Shown piece by piece: positions 10,533 to 22,266 of a DNA stretch of 64,000 nucleotides. Within the stretch, counting starts at the first letter, position 1. The number at the start of each line of letters is the position of its first letter. The stretch spans positions 8,680,001-8,744,000 of the forward strand of contig OY740799.1 in assembly GCA_963514005.1 (NCBI GenBank), read 5' to 3'. The stretch comes from Raja brachyura. Taxonomy: Eukaryota. The notes under the pieces are model-generated. The model did not search any database. It saw nothing but the letters and a program-made list of their open reading frames with translations, and was not told the DNA's origin. Made by a program: the position numbers and the translations under genes.

Positions 10533-11100
10533 AGGGCTCCTCTGGGCTCGGCTGACTAAAGCCTAAACCAATCTACTCTTTTCTCTGAGCACATAATGGG
10601 GCAAAGAGATGGGCGGAGTCGGGCAAAATTCTCTTGCTATTCTTTTCCCTTATCTTCAAAGTTAGTATGGAAGCTTCAGAGACTGAAAGGCTGAGCCAAA
10701 CATAACTGGTCGATTAGTCATCTTCAAAACGATATAATCTGTCTGATTGGTAATTCAGTGAAATGAATAGCTTTCATGAGGCTGCGTTATTATTTTTCTT
10801 CTCATACCATACTTTTAATAAGTAGTATTTGTTAAACTGACAAACTCCCTATCTACAGGTTCCTGCCTCTCTGATAAAGGCTTTCATTCCTTCCCGAGAC
10901 AATCGTCTCCTCCAAGGAGACCGGCCTTCTCTGGCAGGGCTTAACCCGTAGAAGGTGCAAGGGAACTAAAAGGTGATCAACCGGGAATGTTAATGCAGGT
11001 TGTTGTCTGCACACGCGTGGCCTGACCTGCTCAGTATTTACAGCATCTCCCACAGTTGACACCTGCGATATTTCACTATTTCATTTAGCTTAGAGATAGA

Positions 11101-11392
11101 GCGGCACGGTGGCGCAGCGGTAGAGTTACTGCCTTACACCGCCAGAGGCCCGGGTTCGATCCTGACTACGGGCGCTGTCTGTACGGAGTTTGAACGCTCG
11201 CCCCGTGGGTTTTCTCCAAAATCTCCGGTTTCCTCCCACACTCCAAAAGACCTACAGGTTTGCCGGTTAATTGGCTTGGTGCAAATGTAAAATTGTCCCT
11301 AGTGTGCGTAGGATAGTGTGAGTGCGCGGGGATCGCTGGTCGGTCCGGACGGTGGGCCGAAGGGCTTGTTTCCGCTCTGTCCCTCTAAACTA
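11101..11392 (+). mobile_element. HE1-like SINE
   Basis: gcggcacggtggcgcagcgg head, gggttcgatcc B box, ctctaaacta tail. Confidence 0.88.
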
Positions 11393-11519
11393 TCCTAATT
11401 AGAAATACAAAATGGAAACAGCCCCTTCAGTCCACGCAAAGCATCCACACTGTCCATCCCCTGAGACTGTTGCACTGGTAAGCTCTTCCCATGGCATTAT
11501 GTCAAAGTCGTGAGCTATC

Positions 11520-11665
11520 GCTGGAGTCCCAGTCAATGTTTATTCCTTAATCAACATTGCTTAAACTGATTAACTGGTCAATTATCTCGTTGCTGCTTCG
11601 AGGGACAGCACTGTATGCAAATCGTCTGCTGTCATTCCTGCATTGAACGGTAATTGAGCCTTGTG
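11520..11665 (+). mobile_element. Ancient Deu-domain SINE relic (SacSINE1/AmnSINE1-like)
   Basis: actggtcaattatctcgttgctgc...tgtatgcaaatcgtctgctgtcattcctgcatt resembles the DeuSINE core; recalled similarity, not aligned. Confidence 0.45.
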
Positions 11666-12035
11666 GAAATGGAAGCTTTTGATGGCAGATGAACTGCTCA
11701 TTCTCACAACTGATACCATGCACGGCAATTTCTCAGCGAGACAATGGCTTCCCTGTTGTTGCTGATACTGGGTAATAATGCCACATCTGTTCATACGGGC
11801 CAATGCGCTACTCTGCGCCACAGTGCTGAGAACTGTATTCTGCACTCTGTGCCTTCCCTGTTGCTCCATCTATTGTAGTTGAGTTTGAACTGATTGCATC
11901 CAAGGATGGTATATCTGATCTGTTTGGATAGCATGCCAAGCCAATCTTTTCACTGTACCTCAGTACCCGTGACAATAATAAACCCCTCTCATCTCCATCT
12001 CATGCCACATCTCACTTCACCAGCTACTGATATAG

Positions 12036-12398
12036 ATAGTTCATAAGTTGTAGGAGCCAAATAAGGCCATTCGGTCCATCAAATCTGCGCCTACTTTCAA
12101 TCATGGCTGATCTATCTTTGCCCCTCAAACCCATTCTCCTGCCTTCTCCCCGTAACCCCTGACACCCGCACTAATCATGAATCTATCAATCTCTGCCTTA
12201 AAAAATATCCATTGACTTGGCCTCCACAGCCATCTGTGGCAATGAATTCCACAGATTCACCACCCTCTGGCTAAATACATTTCTCCTCATCTTCTTTCTA
12301 AAGGTGTGTCCTTTTATTCTGAGTCTGTGGCCTCTGGTCCTGGACTCTCCCACCAGCAGAAACATCCTCCCCACATCCACTCTATCCAGGCCTTTCAT
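12036..12398 (-). mobile_element. CR1 LINE 3' fragment
   Basis: ORF 12198-12398 KGLDRVDV...FSQRVVNLWNSLP. Confidence 0.85.
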
Positions 12399-12767
12399 CC
12401 AGTACCGAGATTATGGGATGCTTATCACTCACTGGTCCACCAGTCCACCAACCACCTGCCCAGCATATTTGGGGCCAGGTATTCCAGAAGAGGGGTCCTG
12501 CGATTCCTGCCACGCCCTCCTACCCCCAAACCCCAGGATCAGCATGTTGTTTTGACCCTGCCGTGCAGCAGATGCCAAGGCAAGGGCGGCATTAACCTCG
12601 GGGATAAGCCAGCAACCAAGAAGACAATCTAAGAAACTCAATAAATACAAATTAGCATGGAAATTGGATCATGCCGGCAGAGTTCTGGGTAGGGTCAGTC
12701 ATGATTCCTGGCCTGGGATATTTGCAAGTATTTCCACTTGGCTAATCTGGGAGGGCAGCTTTAAACA

Positions 12768-12991
12768 GGTGCTGTCTGAACGGAGTTTGTACGTTCTCCC
12801 CGTGACCTGCGTGGGTCTTCGGTTTCCTCCCGCACTCCAAAGACGTACAGGTTTGTAGGTTAATTGGCTTGGTAAATGTAAAAATTCTCCCTAGGGTGTG
12901 TAGGATAGTGTTAATGTGCGGGGATCGCTGGTTTGCGCGGACACGGTGGACCCAAGGGCCTGTTTCCGCGCTGTATCTCCAAACCAAACTC
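12768..12991 (+). mobile_element. HE1-like SINE, 5'-truncated
   Basis: Core and tail present, tRNA head absent. Confidence 0.8.
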
Positions 12992-13364
12992 AAAAGGGCA
13001 AATCCTCTTCACTGAAATTCTTTGCTTTGATCCGTGCAGCTTCCAGCTTTATTAACGCCGCACCAGGTAGGAAAAGGTGACCCATTAATGGCATTTAATT
13101 TAAATATGTATCAGCCATTTAGACTGCATTCCAGTTATAGAAGTGTTATGCGCTGAAATTTCACACAGTTCTCCAACGGAAAACAGAGACTCGTTGCCTC
13201 CTAAACCCAGTGCTGGTAATTAGAGACAAATGGTGCGCACACACACACTCGTACGCTGCAGACACAACTGTTCCTTAAATTAATGTCGTTTCTGATGAAG
13301 AGTCTCTCCCGCTCAACACTTCCACTCAAACTGCCAACGTTTTCTACTCTTTCTTCCTCTTTAA

Positions 13365-13612
13365 TCCTACCACAGCTCGAGAGAAGACCCGAACTACTAT
13401 CTAGCTCACCTCATTGGAGACCCTCGGACTATCTTCGATCGGACCTTACTGGCTTTATCCTACACTGAACGCTATCCCTTTATCGTGTACCTGTACACTG
13501 TGAATGGCTTGGTTTGAATCGTGCATTGTCTCTCCGCTGACTGGTTACGCAGGAAACAAAAGCTTTTCACTGTACCTCGGTACACGTGACAATAGACCAA
13601 ACTGAACTAAAC
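13365..13612 (+). mobile_element. Rex1/Babar-type LINE 3' UTR fragment
   Basis: cattggagaccctcggactatc...cactgtacctcggtacacgtgacaata, aactgaactaaac tail. Confidence 0.7.
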
Positions 13613-13777
13613 AGTAAATCCATCCGTCACGCTGATGATGGTAAGATTCAGGACATGGAGAAAGCTCCTGCATCTCCTGATACCATCACGGTGCGTCCTT
13701 TTACAGGAGAGAGTCCCGAAATATTCATTTGCAATGCTGCACACCCGCATTGTTGCACAGACTCTCGCACAGTGTTA

Positions 13778-14345
13778 AGGGCCTGTCCTACAAGCATGCA
13801 ACTCTATGCGATTAGCGCGACCTAACGTGGTGACGTGGTCGCAGGGCTGGTCCCACTTCGATCGCCGGAGCCGTGCGGAATTGTGCGGAGTTCGTCCCGA
13901 CATCGCGCGGGGCTCCGAAAAACTGACTATGTTCAAAAATTCCGCGCGGCAACAGCTTGTCGGCTCGCAGTCGCCTCGACGCATTACACACCACCTCGAC
14001 GTCGTGCCTCCGTGAACCTATCTGTAGGTGCCTCCGTGACTCTCTATGTGTGTGGCTCCGTGGCCCTCTGTGTGTGTGTGCCTCTGTGCCCCTCTCTGTG
14101 TGCCCCTCTCTGTCCTGGCGAACTTACCTTAGACTTCGCTCCAAGTTCGCCTCACTTTGCGCCGCGTTGTGCCACTCACCCGACCTCTGCGCGACCCCTG
14201 CTGCCAGTTTGGTCGCGCTTGCCGCATGCAGGCGCATGCTGGTGGGAACGGCCCTGTACAGGGGATCACCCGACCTCCGCGCGGCCCCCGCTTCTAGTTT
14301 GATCGCGTTCATCGCATAGAGTTGCATGCTTGTAGGACAGGCCCT
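13778..14345. mobile_element. PIF/Harbinger-like MITE, family 1 copy A
   Basis: 35-bp perfect TIR agggcctgtcctacaagcatgcaactctatgcgat; TTA TSD at 13775-13777 and 14346-14348; no ORF. Confidence 0.88.
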
Positions 14346-14504
14346 TTACACTTCAGTACGGGTTTAACGGTTGGAATGAAATCTGAACCAAAATCTTCCC
14401 CACTCAATGTTAAAGCGCCGAGCTTGAGTCACACCAGCTGCCTTTGCTCACCACAAAATTTGGAGCCGAATTTCAGAAGTCATCTTCTTTTTATAAAAAA
14501 GTGA

Positions 14505-14785
14505 GTTAGCACGGAAAAAGGCCATTCAGCCCACCGAGTCCATGCTGACCATCGATCACCCGTTCACACTAGTTCTAATGTTATCCAGCTTTCTCATCCA
14601 CTCCCTGGCAATTTACTGAGGCCAAATAACCTGCAAGCCCGCATGTCTTTGGGATGCGAGAGGAAACCGGAGCACCCGGAGGAAACCCACACAGTCACAG
14701 GAAGTCCGACACAGATAGCACCCGCGGTCAGGAACGAACCCGGGTCTTTGGGGGCTGCGAGGCAGCAGCTCTACCAGCTGTACCT
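14505..14785 (-). mobile_element. HE1-like SINE (older subfamily)
   Basis: aggaaaccggagcacccggaggaaacccac, gaacccggg and ggcagcagctctacc motifs. Confidence 0.75.
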
Positions 14786-14854
14786 CCCTACTGTTTCCCC
14801 TGACCCTTTTCCGCGGTAGAGAAAGCCCACCCATCGGATATGGCTGCCAACAAA

Positions 14855-15158
14855 GGTGGCACGGTGGCGCAGCGGTAGAGTTGCTGCCTCACAGCTCCAG
14901 AGACCCGAGTTCGATCCTGACTACGGGTGCTGTCTGTACGGAGTTTGTACGTTCTCCCCGTGACAGCGTGGCTTTTCTCCGAGATCTTCCGTTTCCTCCC
15001 AAACGTCAAAGACGTACTGGTTTGTAGGTTAATTAGTTTGGTATAAATGTAAAAATCGCCCCGTGTGTAGGTTGGTGTTAATGCGGGGGGATCGCTGGTT
15101 TGCGCGGACTCGGTGGGCCGAAGGGCCTGTTTCCGCGCTGTATCTCTAAATTAAACTA
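14855..15158 (+). mobile_element. HE1-like SINE, full length
   Basis: ggtggcacggtggcgcagcgg head to tatctctaaattaaacta tail. Confidence 0.88.
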
Positions 15159-15429
15159 GTGGTCCAGACGCTGCTGGCTCCACAGTGAAACATCCATCCA
15201 TGAATGGACTGATAGAAAGGGATGCTTGTTCACGAGGTTTCGAGGCTCCACCACCAGTCTGATATGTCGTTGTCAACATACAGTGCCTATAATCAGATAT
15301 TAAGTTAACCTCCTACACACTGGCCTTCACATTCCACGACTCATCCTTCTCGGATCAGGCACAGAATATTCTATTGGGGCAACAAAAGCAAAGCCCTGAC
15401 GCCTTGGAAAGTGATAACTTCTTCAAAGA

Positions 15430-15740
15430 GACCGAGGAAGGGTCTCGACCCGAAACGTCACCCGTTCCTTCTCTCCAAAAATGCTGCCTATCCCGCTGAG
15501 TTACTCCAGCATTGAGTGTCTGTCTCGGAAAGAGATAACTTTGGCTCGGATCACACATGGGTCAAACTGCTGAGCCTAATCCTTCTGCCATGTACAGAGG
15601 GGCTACCGACCTGCAGAATCTTTTCATACCTCCAGCTTCCCTTCCCCTGTCGGAAAATGAGTCTCGACCTGAAACACCACTTACACCTTTCCTTCAGAGA
15701 TGCTGCCTGGCCCACTGAGTTACTCCAGTATTTCGTGTCT
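15430..15740 (+). mobile_element. Two Penelope pLTR fragments (hammerhead cores mutated)
   Basis: ccgaggaagggtctcgacccgaaacgtc at 15432-15459; second decayed copy at 15651-15740. Confidence 0.7.
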
Positions 15741-15839
15741 AGCCTCTGTAGGAGCCTTCTTGCATGCAGGACTACAGACACTTGTATATTGCCATTCAAC
15801 AAAAGGAGGCCATTCACCCCATCATGTCTATGCAACATC

Positions 15840-16820
15840 ACAATAGACAACAGGTGCAGGAGTAGGCCATTCGGCCCTTCAAGCCAGCACCGCCATTCAC
15901 TGTGATCATGGCTGATCATCCCAAATCAGTACCCCGTTCCTGCCTTCTCCCCCATATCCCCTGACTCCGCTATTTTTAAGCGCCCTATCTAGCTCTCCCT
16001 TGAAAGTATCCAGAGAACCTGCCTCCTCCGCCCTCTGAGGCAGAGAATTCCACAGACTCACAACTCTCTGTGAGAAAAAGTGTTTCCTCGTCTCCGTTCT
16101 AAATGGCTTACCCCTTATTCTTAAACTGTGGCCCCTGGTTCTGGACTTCCCCCAACATCGGGAACCTGTTTCCTTCCTCTACCGTGTCCAAACCCTTAAT
16201 AATCTTATATGTTTCAATAAGATCCCCTCTCATCCTTCAAAACCCCAGAATGTACAAGCCCAGCCACTCCATTCTCTCAGCATATGATAGTCCCACCATC
16301 CCATGGAATTAACCTTGTGAACCTACGCTGCACTCCCTCAATAGCAAGAATGTCCTTCCTCAAATTTGGAGACCAGAACTGCACACAATACTGCAGGTGT
16401 GGTCTAACTAGGGCCCTGTACAACTGCAGAAGGACCTCTTATCTCCTATACTCACCTCCTCTTGATATAAAGGCCAACATGCCATTTGCTTTCTTCATTG
16501 CCTGCTGTACCTGCATGCTTACTTTAATTGACTGATGAACAAGGACCCCCAGATCCTGTTGTACTTCCCCTTTTCCCAACTTGACACCATTTAGATAATA
16601 ATCTTCCTTCCTGTTTTTGCTACCAAAGTGGATAACCTCACATTTATCCACATTAAACTGCATCTGCCATGCATCTGCCCACTCCCCCAACCTGTCCAAG
16701 TCACCCTGCATTCTCATAGCATCCTCCTCACAGTTCACACTGCCACCTAGCTTTGTGTCATCTGCAAATTTGCTAATGTTACTTGTAATCCCTTCATCTA
16801 AATCATGAATATATATTGTA
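15840..16820 (-). mobile_element. CR1 LINE fragment (~1 kb) including the RT catalytic region
   Basis: ISKFADDTKLGG...LGEWADAWQMQFNVDKCEVIHFG; followed by an oppositely oriented CR1 3' end at 16859-16978. Confidence 0.92.
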
Positions 16821-17221
16821 TGCCCCAAGGGATGAATATATATTGTATGCCCCAAGGGATATGGGGAGAAGGCAGGCACGGGTTATTGATTTGGGACGAT
16901 CAGCCATGATCACAATGAATGGCGATGCTGGCTCAAACGGCCTCCTCCTGCACCTATTGTCTATGTTTCTATGTTTTTATATCACAGGGCAACACCGCCT
17001 CCAACTAGCTTTCCCCAGAACCTACTCACCTTGTCAACATTTCACCGACATTGGACAGATACAAGAATAGGGCAGAATTAGAGGGATATGTAAATAACAT
17101 GAGCTAATAGGACTAACCTGAATGCTGCACCTTGGCCGTTGTGGACTAGCTGGGCTGAAGGGCCTGTTCCTGTATTGTATGACTGGGACTCTAATTACAC
17201 CAGCTCGGCCAGATTCAACCA

Positions 17222-17414
17222 TTCACTGGGGCAATTTACAGCGAGTCAGTAAAATAAAACCCCCACACATCTTTGTGATGTGGGAGCAAGCTGAAGCATG
17301 TTGTCACAGGGAGGACATGTAAACTCCAAACAGACAGCACCCGAGGTCAGGATTGAACCTGGATCAGTGGAGCTGTGATGCAACAGCTCTACCTGTCGTG
17401 CCACTGCGCTGCCC
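17222..17414 (-). mobile_element. HE1-like SINE (partial, old)
   Basis: cagacagcacccgaggtcaggattgaacctgg. Confidence 0.65.
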
Positions 17415-18563
17415 AGAACTACTTTCGATGCAGACATTCCCTAAAGTAGTTTCGGCACTACTTTGAAGAGTCAGACATTTCTCCCTCTATTATCTTCACC
17501 GATATTTATCCCTTAACTAATGCAACATGATGGATGATCTGGTCACAGGCATAACGCTATTGACAGCAACCTGGTGCATAAAAACCAGTAGCATAATGTT
17601 CCTTCATTTGACCGCATTTGAGTACTTCATCGACTGCAAGGCACTTTGCAATTTCCTGAGATTATAAGAGGAGTGGCATTCTCTCAATTGATCAAAAAGC
17701 CAAATGCTCTATTGGAAAGGATTGAAATAGATTACAACGTGGCACCTTTAAATGCAAAACACATCATATTTAATCGCAGTGACCTTTCGCCATCCTTCAG
17801 CAAGCAATTATTCTACAAAGTAAATAGAGCCACCAAATAGATTTTAGCAGGTCAATGCCTGCCTGTGGTTACCAAGTCTAACAGTGCCTCCGAACAACAG
17901 GCGTTTACAGTAAAGGAGGTCAGGGAAAGAGCCACAGTGATTAATCACACTTCCCAGCCCTCAAGTCACAGCCAGCAGATTACAGCAGATTTAGTACTCT
18001 TCCAAAGTCTTCTTTTCAAATGAAATGAGGATTTCCCATCCGGGCACCAAGTCCTAGACACCCACCACTCTCTGGGTGAAAGCATTTTCTTCCAACTGTC
18101 CCCTTACCATTGTACTGAAAGCACTGAGCAACTCAGTTAATTAAATTAATTAGTTCTCGGAGCAGAATTAGGCCATTCGGCCCATCGCGTGTACTCCGCC
18201 ATTCAATCATGGCTGATCTATCTCTCCCTCCTAACCCCATTCTCCTGCCTTCTCCCCATGGCCCCTGACATCCTTATGTCAACTTCTCAGGACCAAGAGT
18301 GTTTGTGCAGTCAAAATGTAGAAACAAAGAACTGCAGATGCCGGTTAATACACAAAAGGACACAAAGTGCTGGAGTAACTCAGCGGGTCATGCGGCGTCT
18401 TTGGAGGACATGGATGTTTCAGGTCAGCTTTCTGCGGACTTTCCAGTATTAGCAGCCGGCATCTGCAGTTCTTTGTTTCTGCATTTTGACTGCTCCACTG
18501 TGAAATTCCAGGTATGCAGTATGAGGGAGGGTCTCGACCCAAAACGTCACCTATCCATGTTCT

Positions 18564-19161
18564 GTTTAGTTTAGCATGGAAACAGGTCCTTCAGCCCACC
18601 GAGTCCGCGCCGACCAGCACACTAATAGCCCTGTCCCACGGTACGAGTTCATTCCAAGAGCTCTCCCGAGGTAAAACAAAAATCAAACACGTGGTAAGCA
18701 CGGAGAATGAACGTAGCGGGTACGTCGGAGCTCGGGGACGTCTCTTAACGCAAACGGCAGCTACTCGAGAAGACTCCCTAACGGCAGGTAAGCACGGGAA
18801 GACTTGTGAAGATTTTTCAACATGTTGAAAACTGTCCGCGAGAGCCCCGAGTACCGACAAGTGGCCATTACTGTAAATCTCTGAGTTAGAATCAGGGCAA
18901 ACGCTTGGAATGAACTCGTACAGTGGCACAGGGATTTAACACTCCTGCACACACTAGGGACAATTTTCAATTTTACCATGCCAGTTAGCGTACAAACCTG
19001 TACACCTTTGGAGTGTGGGAGGAAACCGAAGCACCCGGAGAAAACCCACGTGGCCACGGGGAGAACATACAACTCCGTACAGACAGCACCCGTAGTGAGG
19101 ATTGAACCCGGATCTCTGGCTCTGCAAGGCAGCAACGTTGCCGCTGCGCCACCGTGCACCC
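18564..19161 (-). mobile_element. HE1-like SINE interrupted by a MITE
   Basis: SINE pieces 18564-18625 and 18937-19161; short TSD gttct. Confidence 0.8.
18626..18936. mobile_element. PIF/Harbinger-like MITE, family 2 copy A
   Basis: TIR agccctgtcccacggtacgagttcattccaag / cttggaatgaactcgtacagtggcacaggga; TAA TSD at 18623-18625 and 18937-18939. Confidence 0.85.
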
Positions 19162-19796
19162 TCCGTTCTCCAGAGATGCTGCCTGACCTGCTGAGTTACT
19201 CCAGCACTTTGTATCTGGGCATTAGACCAGTTGCAAATTACCAACTACTGGCCAAAGGCATCAATGCTCAAGATGCTTTCTGTGAGGCCTTGAAGTCGTT
19301 AGTGTTTGCAAACAAGGTAGCTTTAGTTCCACTCACAGCGCCCTGGATCAGCACACTGAACGTGCTTCTGCTGTTGAATGCCTTATTTATCATTTCAAAT
19401 GACTGCCAGTGCTGACACAACCGGGCTCTGTGCAAGCTTTCTTCTTGCCTGCTCGTTAAGTTGGAGGCAACGTCGACAGGAGGAAAGACGAGACAAAAGG
19501 AGAAGCAAAATGCAAGACTTTGTGTGGAAGGACTCTGGCTGGACAATAAGGCTGGCTATTTGTCGGAGCCCAGCTGGGAAGAAAGGCCAGGCCAGAGCCA
19601 GAGCCAAACAAAACATGAAGACTTGAGATGATCAACTATTGCTGAGCAAATGTCTGCCTGTCAGCAGCAGAAAACAAGCTGGATTCATTCTTTGGGGAGG
19701 GGAGGATGGCAATGGGAGCAGAATTGACCCTTTCCAAGACGGCAATAAACTGGAAGCAACATCCCTGACCAGAAGCCTGAACTGGTTCAGCTTTCC

Positions 19797-20103
19797 AGTA
19801 GAGTTGCTGCCTTACAGCACTTACAGTGCCAGAGATCCGGGTTCGATCCCGACTACGGGTGCTGTCTGCACGGAGTTTGCACGTTCTCCCCGTGACCTGC
19901 GTGGGTTTTTCTCTGGGATCTTCGGTTTCCTCCCACGCTCCAGAGACGTACAGGTTTGTAGGTTAATTGGCTTGGTATAAGTGTAAAAAATTGGCCCTCG
20001 GGTAGGATAGTGTTAATGTGCGGGGATCGTTGGGCGGTGCGGAACTTGTGGGCCGAAGGGCCTGTTTCAGCGCTGTCCCTCTAAACTAGACTAAACTAAA
20101 CTA
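19797..20103 (+). mobile_element. HE1-like SINE
   Basis: gtagagttgctgccttacagc...ggttcgatccc...ctaaactaaacta. Confidence 0.85.
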
Positions 20104-20221
20104 GTTTCAGAATCCTGCACCTGCAGTTTTCTTTGTTTTCCCTCGTACATGGAAGCTTTTCAATTTGGAACTATTTTCCATATTTCCTCTTCCAGTATCT
20201 AGAGATTTTCGCCGTTGAGTG

Positions 20222-20610
20222 ATACCACATGGAAACTGGCCCTTTGGCCCAACTTGCCCACGCCGACCAACATGTCCCATCTACACTAGTCCCACCTGCC
20301 AGCGTTTAGCCCATATCCTCTTAAACCTGTCCTGTCTATGCACCTGCCCAAATGATTTTTAACAGGAGATTTAATGGGAACCTGGGGGGTCACTTTTTCA
20401 CACAAAGGGTGGCGGGTGAATGAAACACGCTACCAGAAGAGGTAGTTGAGGCAGGTACTATTGCAACGTTTAAGAAACATTTAGACTGGTGATGGAAAAG
20501 ACAGGTTTAGAAGGACGTGGGCCAAGAGTGGGCAGGTGGGTTAATTGTAGATGGGACATGTTGGACGGTGTGGGCAAGTTGGGCTGTAGGGCCTGTTTCC
20601 ATGCAGTGTG
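20222..20610. mobile_element. Two CR1 3' fragments in opposite orientation
   Basis: Minus fragment about 20222-20360 abuts plus fragment about 20362-20610. Confidence 0.65.
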
Positions 20611-20694
20611 ACCTGCTCTCTCCTGTGCCTCATGCTCACTTGCAGTACCTTTTACAGGCCCATGTTAACCAAACCAAGCAGTAAAAAGATCGAT

Positions 20695-20806
20695 CTTGAC
20701 CCTAAACGTCACCCAGATACTGAGATACTGCCTGTCCCGCTGAGTTACTCCAGTTTTTTGTGTCTATCTTCAGTTGAAACCAGCATCTGCAGTTCCTTCC
20801 TACACA
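20695..20806 (+). mobile_element. Penelope pLTR fragment with tail
   Basis: aaacgtcaccc...gctgagttactccag...accagcatctgcagttccttcctacaca. Confidence 0.7.
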
Positions 20807-21299
20807 ATTAAACACCTGTGCACGTTTTTAAATTCCGGGAATCGCTGCAGCAACAGCAGAACTGTTAATGCCTCTGTGTTGAATGCAGAGACGGGAAGAG
20901 CTGGGTTTTAGCTGATTAAGCACTTTGTACAGTGGGATAAGGGTCACGAGGGGGGAGTTTGTTACATGGAAGCATTCTTCTGCTCAGCTGTGTCCAGCAC
21001 CGACCCAGCCAGTAAATCAGCAGTCCACTTCTCTTCCTCAGCTCCCTGCCTCATTAATATACAAGATCCTGTCTGCAACGTTTCTCCATGAACAGGCAGG
21101 TCCCCCGGGTCTTGGCAACAGCGAGCTAGTAGTATTGTAAATGCGAGAGCTGATGGCAGCCGGCCAAGATAGGGCCAGGTTCACTTCTACAGCATCTGAA
21201 AATAAATTCCCTCCAAACCCCCGTCCAAAGATCCAGCTCTCAATCATGTCTGCGTCTCAGTCAAACCGGGCAGGCGGTACAGTTTCATTTTAATCAAAA

Positions 21300-21725
21300 T
21301 TATGGATTCAAATATTAAAATACAGTAAAGTAAAAACTGCCCGTGGACAGCGTGTAGTCCCTTTCTCCTGCCACCCGGGCACGGACGTAGCTTCGGAAAA
21401 GCCCAGCCCTCCCCCGCCTGGCGTTGTGACTCAGGCGGATGGCCCAGGAGCAACCCAACCAGGACATCCTCTGCCCCAAACCCTCTCCCCTACGCACAGG
21501 GTGTCCAAAGATGAGGATGGTGGGTGAGAAGTGCAGCCACAAGGCAAGGAGAAGCCCCTTTGGATAATGGAACGGGGGCTGCAGCCTCACACACTTCATA
21601 TACACGTGGCACACAGATTCGCCCAGCCCGCGTAAGTAGCAGGCGGCCGGCCAGTCGGTGAACCGCGAGAGAAACAGTTGCAAGAGACTCCTCGGTGCAG
21701 TACCCTCCACCCCAGGACCCCGATG
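21300..21725 (-). pseudogene. Tx1/L1-clade LINE ORF2 C-terminal (zinc knuckle) remnant
   Basis: Across a frameshift: GVLGWRVLHRGVSCN / FLSRFTDWPAACYLRGLGESVCHVYMKCVRLQP...LWLHFSPTILIFGHP. Confidence 0.75.
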
Positions 21726-22266
21726 GATGAGCGGCACAGTGGCGCAGCGGTAGAGCTGACAGCTACCAGTGCCATCGACCTGGGTTCCATCCTCAGCATC
21801 CTCAGGCGGTGTCTGGCTGTACACAGTTTAGCTTGGTTTAGAGACACGGGGACAACTTACAATTTTACCCAAGCCAATTAACCCACAGACCCGTACCTGT
21901 CTTTGGAGCTTATATTTTCTCCATATGACCGCGTGGATTTTCTCCGGGTGCTCCGGTTTTCTCCCACATTCCAAAGTGGTTGGTGTGAGTTTAATTGGCT
22001 TCTGTAAGTTGTCTGTAGAGTGGAGGATAGAACGAGCGCACGGGGTGATTGTTGGTCGGTGCAGACTCAGTGGGCCGAAGGGCCTGTTTCCACACTACAT
22101 CTTTAAACTAAACTTCTCACCTTCTTGGTAACCAGGATCAAAATCTACACCTACAAGATGCCCCTCTCAGCATGAGCCCCTTCAGTTTGTCTTGGTCAAG
22201 GGCGAGAGGGAGCAGAGGCAAACACTGTGGTTGCAGGCAAAACGCAAGACCGCAGTCAGCCGGTAA

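Larger units (their letters stand above)
18321..19216. mobile_element. Penelope-derived element interrupted by a SINE
   Basis: Arm cctatccatgttct (to 18563) resumes at gttctccagagatgctgcctgacc (19165). Confidence 0.7.
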
